Source: Deltaproteobacteria bacterium (GTDB lineage: Bacteria; Myxococcota_A; UBA9160; SMWR01). From it: a stretch of DNA of 43,441 nucleotides. The DNA lies in contig SMWR01000088.1 of NCBI GenBank assembly GCA_004356735.1, positions 1 through 43,441 of the forward strand. The letters run 5' to 3'. The notes beneath the pieces were generated by a model. That model ran no database searches, had not been told where the DNA came from, and was given only the letters and a program-made list of their open reading frames with translations. Shown here piece by piece: positions 9,266-17,853 of the stretch (positions are counted from its first letter, which is position 1; the number at the start of each line of letters is the position of its first letter). The position numbers and the translations under genes are program-made.

Positions 9266-9982
9266 TCAGTAGGTCTCGGTGCCCCGCTTGCGGCGGCCGG
9301 AAAGGAGGCGGCGGGTCCATCTCCAGTCGTCGACGACGACGATGAAGACCTTGCGCATGGCGTCCTTGGGGCACTTGATCTCGCGTACGGTGTGCCAGGC
9401 GTGGGCCATGCGCTGGAAGATGAAGCTCATGTTGTCGATCGTACTGGCCGCGATGGAGCCGTCGAAGTCTTCGATGGCCGGCGCGCTGCGGTGACCCAAG
9501 CGGCCGCCATCGTCGAGCACGATCGTCTCGCCACCCCAGCTCGGATCCCAATCCCGGGACGTGTTCATGTAGAAGATGTGGGAGCCCAGCTTGTGCGTGG
9601 AATCGCAATGGGGCGAGACCGAGCAGCCGTTCGGCGTGTAGTGCCAGTGAAAGCGCAGCTTGAAGGAGCCGTGACCGAACAAGCGGGCCAGGAAGGCCCG
9701 GTAGCGGTCGCTGGTGAGCTCGCCGACGAATCTCTTCCAGGGCTGGGCCACGTCGACACCCTCGACGTATTCGAGATTGAACCGGTCGTGGCTCTGCTGC
9801 CCAAAGCGGCGTTCACGGCCGAAGTCCGGGGCGAAGCGCGAGACCTCGGGAAGGGTCGCCACCAGCTCCTCGAACGCCTGCTGCCGCAGCAAGCCGGCCG
9901 GGTTGATCCACGGGTAGGGCTGCTGTTGCTGGAAATCGTTTGCGTCGATGGCGTCGAGCCGATCCCAGTCGAGATACGACAT
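9266..9982 (-). CDS. 2OG-Fe(II) oxygenase superfamily protein (prolyl-4-hydroxylase-like)
   Basis: The HxD..H facial triad context is present (SPHCDSTHKLGSHIFYMN..WGGETIVLDD..RMAHAWHTV). The start is ATG 9982 (MSYLDW..); the upstream ORF extension is Arg-rich and implausible. Confidence 0.7.
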   Translation of the reverse strand: MSYLDWDRLDAIDANDFQQQQPYPWINPAGLLRQQAFEELVATLPEVSRFAPDFGRERRFGQQSHDRFNLEYVEGVDVAQPWKRFVGELTSDRYRAFLARLFGHGSFKLRFHWHYTPNGCSVSPHCDSTHKLGSHIFYMNTSRDWDPSWGGETIVLDDGGRLGHRSAPAIEDFDGSIAASTIDNMSFIFQRMAHAWHTVREIKCPKDAMRKVFIVVVDDWRWTRRLLSGRRKRGTETY

Positions 9983-10140
9983 GTTGGCCGGTCCCCCCGT
10001 TCGGCATCGGAGTCTAACGCTGCGGCGGGAATCGCGAATGCGCCGGAAAGGAACAGCTTCTCCCCGCGGGGTCAAGAGCCGCATGAGGCCGCCACACGCT
10101 AGGCTCGCGGCCGCGCCGTTCCAACCCCGCAGGTGATCCG

Positions 10141-11241
10141 ATGAGCGACTTTCCGGCCTTCCCCAGCGCACGACCCGTCACGATTCCCGCACATCCCAGC
10201 GAAAAGGGGACCCCGCTTGCCGAGATCACGCTCTCGGTTCACGACGCTGGAACGGGTCCGACCGTCGTGCTGTGCCACGGCTGGCCCGAGATTGCGTTCT
10301 CGTGGCGCAAGCAGTTCGGGGCGCTGGTCGACGCCGGCTTCCGGGTGATCGCACCCGACATGCGTGGGTTTGGCGCCAGCGACTCCCCTGAGGTCATCGA
10401 AGCTTTCGACCTCGAGCACCTGACCGGCGATCTCGCCGGCCTGCTCGACGTGCTCGGCATCGATGAGGCCGTCTTCGTCGGACACGACTGGGGCGGGTTC
10501 GTCGTCTGGGCGATGCCCATCGCCTACCCCCAACGCACCGCGGGTGTCATCGGCGTGAACACACCGTACGTGCCCTTCCCCTCAACCTCGATGTTGCGGC
10601 GTCTGTTCGAGGACACGGAGAAGCTCTACATCCTATGGTTCCAGCGCCCTGGCGTCGCCGAGGCCGTGATGGACCGCAACCCCCGCGTCTTCTTCCAAAA
10701 GATCATGCGCTACCCCATCGAGCCCAACGGCCCAGCCATGATGACGGCGGGCGGCGACATCGACGCGAATCCGTTCCGGCACGTCGAAACGCTGGAAGAC
10801 CGCGGCGAAGTGCTTCTCACGGAGCCGGAGCTCGACACCTACACGCGCGCCTACGAGAAGGCCGGCTTCCGCGGTGGTGTGAATTGGTACCGGAACATCG
10901 ATCGCAACATGGGACTCTATCCGGGCATCGGCAGTCAGAAGCTCGATCTGCCCTGCTTGATGGTCACATCGGAATGGGATCCCGCGCTGCCGCCGACACT
11001 CGCGGCCGGCATGCCGATGGTCTGCAGCGATCTCGAGACACACCAGATCGCAAAGTGCGGCCACTGGACCATGCAGGAGAAGCCCGAAGACCTGAACCGC
11101 GTCATGGTCGACTGGCTCGGCCGTCGCTTCTCGAGCAAAGGGCTGGCCGCCGGAGCGGCGGCTGTCCAAGGAACAGCTTGCAGTTCGCCGGGGCGGCGAA
11201 CTGCGGGGGGTCGCGCAGAGCGCGATCCTTCGGATCGCTAG
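10141..11241 (+). CDS. alpha/beta hydrolase, epoxide-hydrolase-like
   Basis: HGWPE oxyanion motif and GHDWGG nucleophile elbow. An AGGTGAT Shine-Dalgarno sits before the ATG. The last ~45 aa are low-complexity, so the 3' end is uncertain. Confidence 0.85.
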   Translation: MSDFPAFPSARPVTIPAHPSEKGTPLAEITLSVHDAGTGPTVVLCHGWPEIAFSWRKQFGALVDAGFRVIAPDMRGFGASDSPEVIEAFDLEHLTGDLAGLLDVLGIDEAVFVGHDWGGFVVWAMPIAYPQRTAGVIGVNTPYVPFPSTSMLRRLFEDTEKLYILWFQRPGVAEAVMDRNPRVFFQKIMRYPIEPNGPAMMTAGGDIDANPFRHVETLEDRGEVLLTEPELDTYTRAYEKAGFRGGVNWYRNIDRNMGLYPGIGSQKLDLPCLMVTSEWDPALPPTLAAGMPMVCSDLETHQIAKCGHWTMQEKPEDLNRVMVDWLGRRFSSKGLAAGAAAVQGTACSSPGRRTAGGRAERDPSDR

Positions 11242-11960
11242 CTGCGAGTTGCCAGCCTGGGCGCGCCTTCGAACCGAATCGCCTCGTAGACGGGCGGCGG
11301 ACCGAGCTTCAGCCGCTCGCGCACCTGATCGAGCGGGCACGACATCAGCTTCTCCCACTCGGCGTCGACGACCCAGCGCGCGCGCCAGCCACGTCGAAAG
11401 CCGTGACGGATCATCTTGCCGATTTCGGATCGGAAGCCGGCCTTGAAGAGGACGTAGAGCGGGATGAAGGCGATGCCGAAATTCCGGGTCTGGATGCCGC
11501 TGAACGCGAGCACGGCAGCCTCGCCGCGAACGTCCCGGCCGTAGCCCGTCATTACGTGATAGATGTCGTGCTGGTCGCGGAGGCGATTGTAGAAGTAGCG
11601 TCGCTCCTCGCAGGCTTCCTCGCCTGGGACTTCAGTGCCCGCTGCTGCGCCGGCTTCCTCCAACCCACCGACCGAGAGCTGCTCGCGCTTGAAAAAATCC
11701 GCCATGCTGCGTCCGAACGTAGCTTCGGGAAGCGCTCCCAGACGGTCCAGATCGTTCAACGTATCCGCCAGCTCCGGTCGTTCTTCGAGGATCCGCGCGC
11801 CGGATTCGCTGCGCCGGAAGCGCTGATAGAGCCGCTCACCGGACTTCCCCGACAGGGCGGCCACGACGCGGAACGCCTGGGCCGTGTCCTCGGGATTCGC
11901 GACCAGGGCGCGTATGGCACGCCAGGCATCGAGGGGTCGGAGGCGGCTGGATCGTTCCAT
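11238..11960 (-). CDS. Coq4-family protein (ubiquinone biosynthesis protein COQ4 homologue)
   Basis: Exact HDxxH-x11-E zinc motif: HDIYHVMTGYGRDVRGE. The start is taken at ATG 11960 (MERSSRL..). Confidence 0.8.
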   Translation of the reverse strand: MERSSRLRPLDAWRAIRALVANPEDTAQAFRVVAALSGKSGERLYQRFRRSESGARILEERPELADTLNDLDRLGALPEATFGRSMADFFKREQLSVGGLEEAGAAAGTEVPGEEACEERRYFYNRLRDQHDIYHVMTGYGRDVRGEAAVLAFSGIQTRNFGIAFIPLYVLFKAGFRSEIGKMIRHGFRRGWRARWVVDAEWEKLMSCPLDQVRERLKLGPPPVYEAIRFEGAPRLATRS

Positions 11961-12013
11961 CGGAAAGCGATTATACGTCGCTCCCGGCGCACGCGCCGAC
12001 GGGCGCGTTGGAA

Positions 12014-12736
12014 TCAAGAAAGATTGGAATACGGGGGACGCTTCTCGACGTACGCGAGCCACATGGCATCGAGCATCGACCACAGCACGTCGAGCTTGAA
12101 CTTCAAGATCTCGAGGGCTCGCTCCTGCTGAGGCCGGGTCTCGAACAGATCGAGGGTGACCTGGAGCCCGTGCTGGACGTCGCGGCGCACCTCACCCAGG
12201 CGCTTGCGAAAATAGTCGTAGCCCTCGGGTCGGATCCAAGGATAGTGCTTGGGCCAATTGTCCAGACGCCGCCGGTGGATCGTGGGTGCGAAGAGTTCGG
12301 TGAGCGAAGCGCTCACGGCCTCCTGCCAGGTGGCCTGTCGGGCAAAGTTCACGTAGGCGTCGACGGCGAAGCGCACACCGGGCAGCACCCGGCACTCCGA
12401 CTCGAGCTCTCCGCGCTCGAGGCCCACCGCTTCGCCGAGCCGGAGCCAGGCTTCGATGCCACCCGGATCGTCGCCCCGCCCGTCGTGATCGAGCAGACGC
12501 TGGATCCACAGGCGTCGCACCTCGCGATCCGGGCAGTTCGCGAGGATCGCCCCGTCCTTGCGCGGGATCGAGATCTGGTAGTAGTAACGATTGGCGACCC
12601 ACCCCTGGATCGCGTCTCGATCGAGCTGACCGGAATCCATCCGCTGCTGGAACTCATGATGGATGTGATAGAAGCGTTCCATCTCGCGGAGCTTGGCTTC
12701 GAACTCGGAGCGCGACCAGGGTTTTTCCACGTCCAT
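12014..12736 (-). CDS. pqqC: pyrroloquinoline-quinone synthase PqqC
   Basis: Near-collinear with canonical PqqC: [80 protein letters not shown]. Confidence 0.92.
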   Translation of the reverse strand: MDVEKPWSRSEFEAKLREMERFYHIHHEFQQRMDSGQLDRDAIQGWVANRYYYQISIPRKDGAILANCPDREVRRLWIQRLLDHDGRGDDPGGIEAWLRLGEAVGLERGELESECRVLPGVRFAVDAYVNFARQATWQEAVSASLTELFAPTIHRRRLDNWPKHYPWIRPEGYDYFRKRLGEVRRDVQHGLQVTLDLFETRPQQERALEILKFKLDVLWSMLDAMWLAYVEKRPPYSNLS

Positions 12737-12795
12737 TCCTTGATGATCACAGATCCGTTCTCAGCTGGCTGGCGGGGTGGTCGCGATCGCTTGGA

Positions 12796-13968
12796 TCACT
12801 CGCGGAGGCCCGCAGCCGCTTCCAGGATCTCGCGGGTTGCCCGGGCCCCGTCGAGGGCAATACCGGAATCGACCCGCGGGCGGCCCAGCGCTCTCAAGAT
12901 CGCGTCCTCCAAGGCCTGGGAATCCTCCTCATCGGCCTCGAAGATCTCGACCGCGCCGCGTTCGGCGAGACGCCGGGCCCGAATCGTCTGGTCCGACATG
13001 GTGGGGTCTGGAATCAACAACGCTCGCGTCCCGAGCTCCAGCAGGTTCGCTGACGTGCTGTAGCCGGCGTGGCTGATCGAGAGATCGGCGAGCTCGAGCC
13101 AATCGAGGAAGTCCGCCGAGAACGGCCGCTGCCGGAACGGCCCGTCGGCGATCTCGATTTCGACGCGCAAAACCTCCTCGTCGCTCCAATCGAGCCCTGA
13201 GAAGAGCACGAGCACGCGATCTCCCACTTCACCGCGGGAAGACACGGCGCGCCAGGCACGGACGATCCGGAGGGTGATCCCGACACTGCGACGCCCCCCG
13301 CCGCTGCTCCAGACGGCAATGCCCGACCTCTTCTCCAGCAGGTCTCGCAGGGCGCCGGAGCGCTCGGCCCGCTTCTCGCGCTTCTCGGCCACGATTCCGG
13401 TGTAGTGCATCGGGATCGCGATCCGATCGACAGCGGAGAAGAAATCGTCGAGGCGGCTGATACCCGGATCCCCGTGCACCAGCAGGCCGTCGAAGTGCTC
13501 GTTCAAGTCACTGGACACTTGCGCTGCGGAGACGCCCGACTCGAAACGGGACTGCGGACTGATGTCGCGGAGTGAGCACCAGACTCGCACCGCCGGGTTA
13601 GCACTGCGGGCGGCGCAGATCAGCGGCAGGATCTCGTCCCGCAGCTCCCACTTGCTGAAGGGAAAGTGCTCGACCAGAAGCACGTCCGGTGCAATGCGCC
13701 ACACGGCCGCATCCAAAAGGTCTCCGCGCACAGCCATCAGCTCGTCGATCGAGCGATGATCGACGAACGGAACCAGATCCTGCTGGCGGCGCTCGATGAC
13801 GGGGATCGGCAGCCACTCGAAACGACCGTCGATGGGACGCCCGGGGACCGGCCGTCCGCCCTGCACGAAGAAGACGTCGTGCTCTCGGGCCAGTTCACGC
13901 GCGATCTCCCGGCTGCGCACGAAGGAACCGATGCCGGAGAGATGCTGCGCATAGACGAGGACTTGCAC
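12796..13968 (-). CDS. GT-B fold glycosyltransferase (MurG/GT28-C-terminal-like, COG4671-type)
   Basis: 390 aa with a GTG start. The N-terminus is ..VYAQHLSGIGSFVRSREIA.. and the C-terminal half is ..ADLSISHAGYSTSANLLELGTRALLIP.., typical of the MurG-like nucleotide-sugar binding domain. Confidence 0.7.
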   Translation of the reverse strand: MQVLVYAQHLSGIGSFVRSREIARELAREHDVFFVQGGRPVPGRPIDGRFEWLPIPVIERRQQDLVPFVDHRSIDELMAVRGDLLDAAVWRIAPDVLLVEHFPFSKWELRDEILPLICAARSANPAVRVWCSLRDISPQSRFESGVSAAQVSSDLNEHFDGLLVHGDPGISRLDDFFSAVDRIAIPMHYTGIVAEKREKRAERSGALRDLLEKRSGIAVWSSGGGRRSVGITLRIVRAWRAVSSRGEVGDRVLVLFSGLDWSDEEVLRVEIEIADGPFRQRPFSADFLDWLELADLSISHAGYSTSANLLELGTRALLIPDPTMSDQTIRARRLAERGAVEIFEADEEDSQALEDAILRALGRPRVDSGIALDGARATREILEAAAGLRE

Positions 13969-14027
13969 GCCGTGCTTTCCTCCAGGTGCTCGAACGCTGG
14001 GGAATTAGCTCGCCAGACCCCCCTGCG

Positions 14028-15221
14028 TCAAGCGGGCCTGAATTCCACGGGCAGGTGCAGGAAGCCGCGGACGAAGGTAGACGGCGGATAGTCGGGAACG
14101 AAGCCTTCCCGCATGTGGATGTCCGGCAGGCGCCGGAACAGCTCTTCGTAGAGGATTCGGATCTGGGCCCGGGCCAGGCTCGCGCCCAGACAGAAATGGT
14201 TGCCGACACCGAAGGCGAGGTGGGGATTGCGCTCGCGGCGCACGTCGAAGCACTCGGGCGCTTCGAAGACCCGCTCGTCGAAGTTGGCTGCCGGATACAG
14301 GAGCACGACCTGATCGCCCTCACGGATCTTCTTCCCGCGATGCTCGAGGTCCCGAGTTGCCGTCCGCTTCATGTTCAGGATCGGCGTCACCCAGCGGATG
14401 AATTCTTCGACAGCCACGCGCAGTCCTTCGGGATGATCCACCAGAACCTGCTTCTGATCCGGGTGGAGACTCAGGAGCTCCATGGCGCAGCCAGTGACGT
14501 TGCGCGACGTCTCGGAACCTCCAACCAGAAGCAGCAGGGTCTCGTGGATCAGCTCGTCATCGGTGAGCTTCCGACCGTCGACCTCGGCATTCACGAGGAT
14601 GCTGATCAGGTCGTCGGACGGCTCGCGGCGCTTGCGCGCGCAGAGCGCCTTCATGTAGTCGCTGTACTCGGCGAAAGCCTCACCCACGGAACCGATCGAG
14701 TCCTCGTCGAGAGCGTCGGAGGCGAGGGTCATGACGTCGGACCAGTGACCGAGCCTCGAGAGATCCTCGTCCGGAACGCCCAGGAAACGGCCGATCATGG
14801 TGAGCGGCAGCAGGGCTGCCACGTCCTGGATGAAGTCGCACTCGCCGCGGGGCGCCACGGCGTCGATCAGGCTCGTGGCGATGCCCCGGATCTGGCCCGA
14901 CTGCTTTGCCAACTGATTCGGAGTGAAGCCCTTGGACACGAACTTTCGCAAGGTCCCATGACGCGGCTCGTCCTGGTTGATCATCGACGGCGTCGACGGA
15001 AGATTCGGGCGACTTCCTCCGCGAGCACTCGAAAAGAGCTGAGTGTTCCTCGAGGCCCAGATGACGTCTTCGTGGCGGGAGAGGCACCAGGCCCTGCCCT
15101 TCTCGTCCCAGTGGACAGGAGATTCGTTCCGCAACCATTGATAGACCGGAAGCGCGTCCTCCTGGCGCACGGCCAGAAGCCGGCGGTCGAGAAGATTCAG
15201 AGTCTCGTCGAATCCGCCCAA
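14028..15221 (-). CDS. cytochrome P450 (paralogue of 3899-5089)
   Basis: Heme loop FGVGNHFCLGASLAR, ExxR motif (EEFIRW) and I-helix GGSETS. A TTG start lies 7 nt after the upstream stop. Confidence 0.9.
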   Translation of the reverse strand: MGGFDETLNLLDRRLLAVRQEDALPVYQWLRNESPVHWDEKGRAWCLSRHEDVIWASRNTQLFSSARGGSRPNLPSTPSMINQDEPRHGTLRKFVSKGFTPNQLAKQSGQIRGIATSLIDAVAPRGECDFIQDVAALLPLTMIGRFLGVPDEDLSRLGHWSDVMTLASDALDEDSIGSVGEAFAEYSDYMKALCARKRREPSDDLISILVNAEVDGRKLTDDELIHETLLLLVGGSETSRNVTGCAMELLSLHPDQKQVLVDHPEGLRVAVEEFIRWVTPILNMKRTATRDLEHRGKKIREGDQVVLLYPAANFDERVFEAPECFDVRRERNPHLAFGVGNHFCLGASLARAQIRILYEELFRRLPDIHMREGFVPDYPPSTFVRGFLHLPVEFRPA

Positions 15222-15228
15222 AGACAGA

Positions 15229-16332
15229 CTACTTGAACTCGGGAATCACGTGCTTTCCCATGAGCTCGATGGTCTGCATCACTTTTTCATGGGAAATGTT
15301 GTAGGGATTGACCAGGCAGAGAAGCAGGTCGACACCGGCGGCCTCATAGGCCCGGGCGGTCTCGATCACCTGCTCTGGATCGCCGACGATGGTGGCCTTC
15401 GAGTCCTTCAGGTATTCGAAGTCGAGCATCTCGAGGGTACCGTCTTTCACGATCTTCTTGACGTCCTCGAGGTATTCGTAAGTGCCGAGCTCCTGCTTCA
15501 TCTCCTCGAGCCAGCTCGCAACCGACGAGACCAGCTCGGCCGAACGCTTGCCGTACCAGACAAACGACTCCTTCGAGACGTCGTAGGACTCCTGCTTCGT
15601 GGGGGCACAATTGACCATGGTGAAGGCCGCGGCGCAGTTGTTCACGAACGTCGCGAGCGGCTTGGTGCAGGTCTTGATCGCCTTGCGGTAGATGTCGATC
15701 CGTCGGGCGATGTCATCGGGCGGTACGCCGACACCGAAGGAGCAGAGACCGAGCCCCAACTCTCCCATCAGCTGGTGACCCGAGTCACTACCGGTAGCGC
15801 CGAAGACGGGCGGATGAGGATCCTGGAGCGGCTTCGGCTGAACGCGCCGCTTTGGCATCTGCCAATATTTTCCTTCAAACTCGTAGTGCTCGTGGGTCCA
15901 GCAACCGACGATGTGCTCGATCGCTTCCTGCCACATGGGGCGGGTCTCGTCGGGATGCACGCCGAAACCCTCGAGCTCGAGTCGCGTCGACGAGCGGCCA
16001 GTGCCGAAGTCGACGCGACCGTCGGAGATCAGGTCGAGCACGGCCGCGGACTCGGCCGAGCGTACCGGGTGGTTGTACGGCTTGGGGGCAAGGCGGACGC
16101 CGTAGCCGATTCGTATGTTCTTGGTACGGGCAGCGATGGCTCCGTAGAGCACCTCCGGGTTGGAGCAGTGAGAGAACTCCTCGAGGAAGTGGTGCTCGAC
16201 GGTCCAGAAGGCGTGGAAGCCGACCTTGTCGCCCAGCACGGCCTGCTCGAGTGTGTTCTTGAACGCTTCGTACTCGCTGCGCGGATTCCAGGGTTTCGCG
16301 ACGGGGATCTCGTAGAACAGGGCAAATTTCAC
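15229..16332 (-). CDS. LLM-class (luciferase-like) flavin-dependent oxidoreductase
   Basis: KFALFYEIP..FHAFWTVEHHF.. is the typical LLM opening. I prefer the GTG start at 16332 because AGGAGA lies about 5 nt upstream; the ORF is open to 16359. Confidence 0.88.
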   Translation of the reverse strand: MKFALFYEIPVAKPWNPRSEYEAFKNTLEQAVLGDKVGFHAFWTVEHHFLEEFSHCSNPEVLYGAIAARTKNIRIGYGVRLAPKPYNHPVRSAESAAVLDLISDGRVDFGTGRSSTRLELEGFGVHPDETRPMWQEAIEHIVGCWTHEHYEFEGKYWQMPKRRVQPKPLQDPHPPVFGATGSDSGHQLMGELGLGLCSFGVGVPPDDIARRIDIYRKAIKTCTKPLATFVNNCAAAFTMVNCAPTKQESYDVSKESFVWYGKRSAELVSSVASWLEEMKQELGTYEYLEDVKKIVKDGTLEMLDFEYLKDSKATIVGDPEQVIETARAYEAAGVDLLLCLVNPYNISHEKVMQTIELMGKHVIPEFK

Positions 16333-16523
16333 GGGGTTCTCCTGCGATGGAGAGCGCAATCTATCATGGCATGAGACGGGTGTCTAAACCCACTTCTCAT
16401 CCCCGGATTCTTCCACGCACGATCGTGTCAAGGAAAGGACAGAGTGACGTAAAATCGTGTGGTGTGGACCGACCTCGCGGGTGTCTGTAGGCTCGCCGGC
16501 TCGCGGAGGCTCGTGCTCGCCCG

Positions 16524-17345
16524 ATGCCCATCATCTCGCTCGACGACATCCTCGCCAGCCTCGAGATCGAAGAAATCGGCTCCGGGCGCTACACCGCCGC
16601 GAATGTGCCCATGGAGCACCGGCGGATCTTCGGGGGGCAGTTGCTGGCCCAAGCGGTGGCCGTGGCAACCTACACGGCTCCAGGCAAGCAGGTGAAATCA
16701 CTTCACGTGACGTTTCCGCATGAGGGAGATCTGGCGGCGCGGGTCGAGTTCAAAGTGGAATCGATCCAGGATGGACGCTCCTTCGCCACCCGTTGGATCG
16801 TCGCGACGCAGAACGACCGTCCAGTCCTGACCGCCCTGGTTTCGCTCCACATCGAAGAGACCGGCCTATCGCACCAGACCGATGCGCCCGATGTGGCCGG
16901 ACCCGACGCCGCGGTCGCGACCGATCTCGACATGATTCCCTGGGAGACGCGTGTCGTAGACGGAGTCGACCTGGCGGATCGCGAAGTCGGCCCCGCGCGC
17001 CTCGCGTTCTGGATGCGAGCTCCGACCCTGCCGGTCGACCCGATGGTTCACCAGGCCCTGCTGGCCCATGCCACAGACCTGACCCTGATCGGTACCGCGC
17101 TCCGACCCCATGCTGGCCTCAGCCAGGCCGACTCGCCCGAACATCTCGCCACGGCGGTGACCACGCACACGCTGTGGTTCCACCGACCCTTCCGGATCGA
17201 TGACTGGCTGCTGGTTGCCCAGGAGAGTCCCTGCGCGGCCGGCGCCCGGGGCTTTGGTCTGGGCCACGTGTTCTCGGGCGAGAGCGCGAAGCACGCGACG
17301 CTGGTCGCATCGTTCGCCCAGGAGAGCCTGATCCGACAGCGCTAG
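16524..17345 (+). CDS. tesB: acyl-CoA thioesterase II
   Basis: Double hot-dog TesB pattern: ..RRIFGGQLLAQAV..SLHVTF..DGRSFATRWIVATQ.. and ..TTHTLWFHRPFRIDDWLL.. Confidence 0.88.
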   Translation: MPIISLDDILASLEIEEIGSGRYTAANVPMEHRRIFGGQLLAQAVAVATYTAPGKQVKSLHVTFPHEGDLAARVEFKVESIQDGRSFATRWIVATQNDRPVLTALVSLHIEETGLSHQTDAPDVAGPDAAVATDLDMIPWETRVVDGVDLADREVGPARLAFWMRAPTLPVDPMVHQALLAHATDLTLIGTALRPHAGLSQADSPEHLATAVTTHTLWFHRPFRIDDWLLVAQESPCAAGARGFGLGHVFSGESAKHATLVASFAQESLIRQR

Positions 17346-17485
17346 CGGGGCGATGAAAAGCGGGCGTTGCCGAACCTTCACAACCGAAAACTCGTGTGGC
17401 AGCCCCAAAAAAATGAAACACGTCAGCGCCACGCCGCCAGAAAGCCCAACGGACCTCCCAGCAGCGCGCCGCTGGCGCGATGCAA

Positions 17486-17502
17486 GCTGCCCGAAGGGCA
17501 GC
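17486..17502. terminator. GC-rich hairpin between convergent tesB and the histone-fold gene (possible bidirectional terminator)
   Basis: GCTGCCC-GAA-GGGCAGC forms a 7-bp stem. It starts 7 nt past the histone-gene stop. There is no clear U-tract. Confidence 0.3.
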
Positions 17503-17508
17503 CGCGGC

Positions 17509-17727
17509 CTAGCTCACGGCGAGCTTGGCCCTGGCGGCTTCGATATCGCCGTCCATCACGGTCTTGCGCTTGTTGGCCTCGGCCGAGGCCTGGGCCTCAC
17601 GCGCGAGTGCTGCCACGTAGCCCTCAGTTGCCGCGACGGCCAGGCTCAGCGCAGAGCCAGAGACGCGCAAGCCGCCTCCGTGCTTGGTCAAGAGTCGCTT
17701 CACGACCGCATTCGGAAGGTCTGCCAT
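17509..17727 (-). CDS. bacterial histone-fold protein (archaeal-histone/NFYB-like singlet)
   Basis: 72 aa with an alpha1-L1-alpha2-L2-alpha3 layout: PNAVVKRLLTKHGG / LRVSGSA / LSLAVAATEGYVAALAREAQASAEANKRKTV / MDGDIEAARAKL. The RKTVM..DI block matches the histone L2/alpha3 signature. GGAGG lies 5 nt before the ATG. Confidence 0.75.
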   Translation of the reverse strand: MADLPNAVVKRLLTKHGGGLRVSGSALSLAVAATEGYVAALAREAQASAEANKRKTVMDGDIEAARAKLAVS

Positions 17728-17755
17728 GAAATCCTCCGTTCTGGCGTCGCGCGGA

Positions 17756-17785
17756 AGCGTAGAAGCCCCGGGGAGGAGCTGTCAA
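17756..17785 (-). promoter_or_regulatory. putative sigma70-type promoter of the histone-fold gene
   Basis: On the minus strand: TTGACA (17785-17780), an 18-nt spacer, then TACGCT (17761-17756), about 29 nt upstream of the ATG. Confidence 0.35.
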
Positions 17786-17853
17786 CGAGGCGGAGAGCGA
17801 CTTAGAACAAAAAGACTGCGTTCTAGAACGCGCAGGTGGCTTTTGGGCCGTGC

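Noticed and set aside
11238-11241. Three convergent gene pairs overlap by exactly 4 nt at their stops (11238-11241 CTAG, 39358-39361 CTAG, 6045-6048 TTAG). I considered this a designed arrangement.
   Set aside because: CTAG contains a stop codon on both strands. In stop-poor high-GC DNA, an ORF that has lost its stop tends to run until the partner's stop. This is probably statistical, and it reflects dubious low-complexity 3' tails on the hydrolase and ggt.
17353-17805. A 150-aa + strand ORF covering the tesB-histone spacer.
   Set aside because: It is mostly antisense to the histone-fold gene, which has far better coding features (a Shine-Dalgarno, high GC3 and a fold signature).
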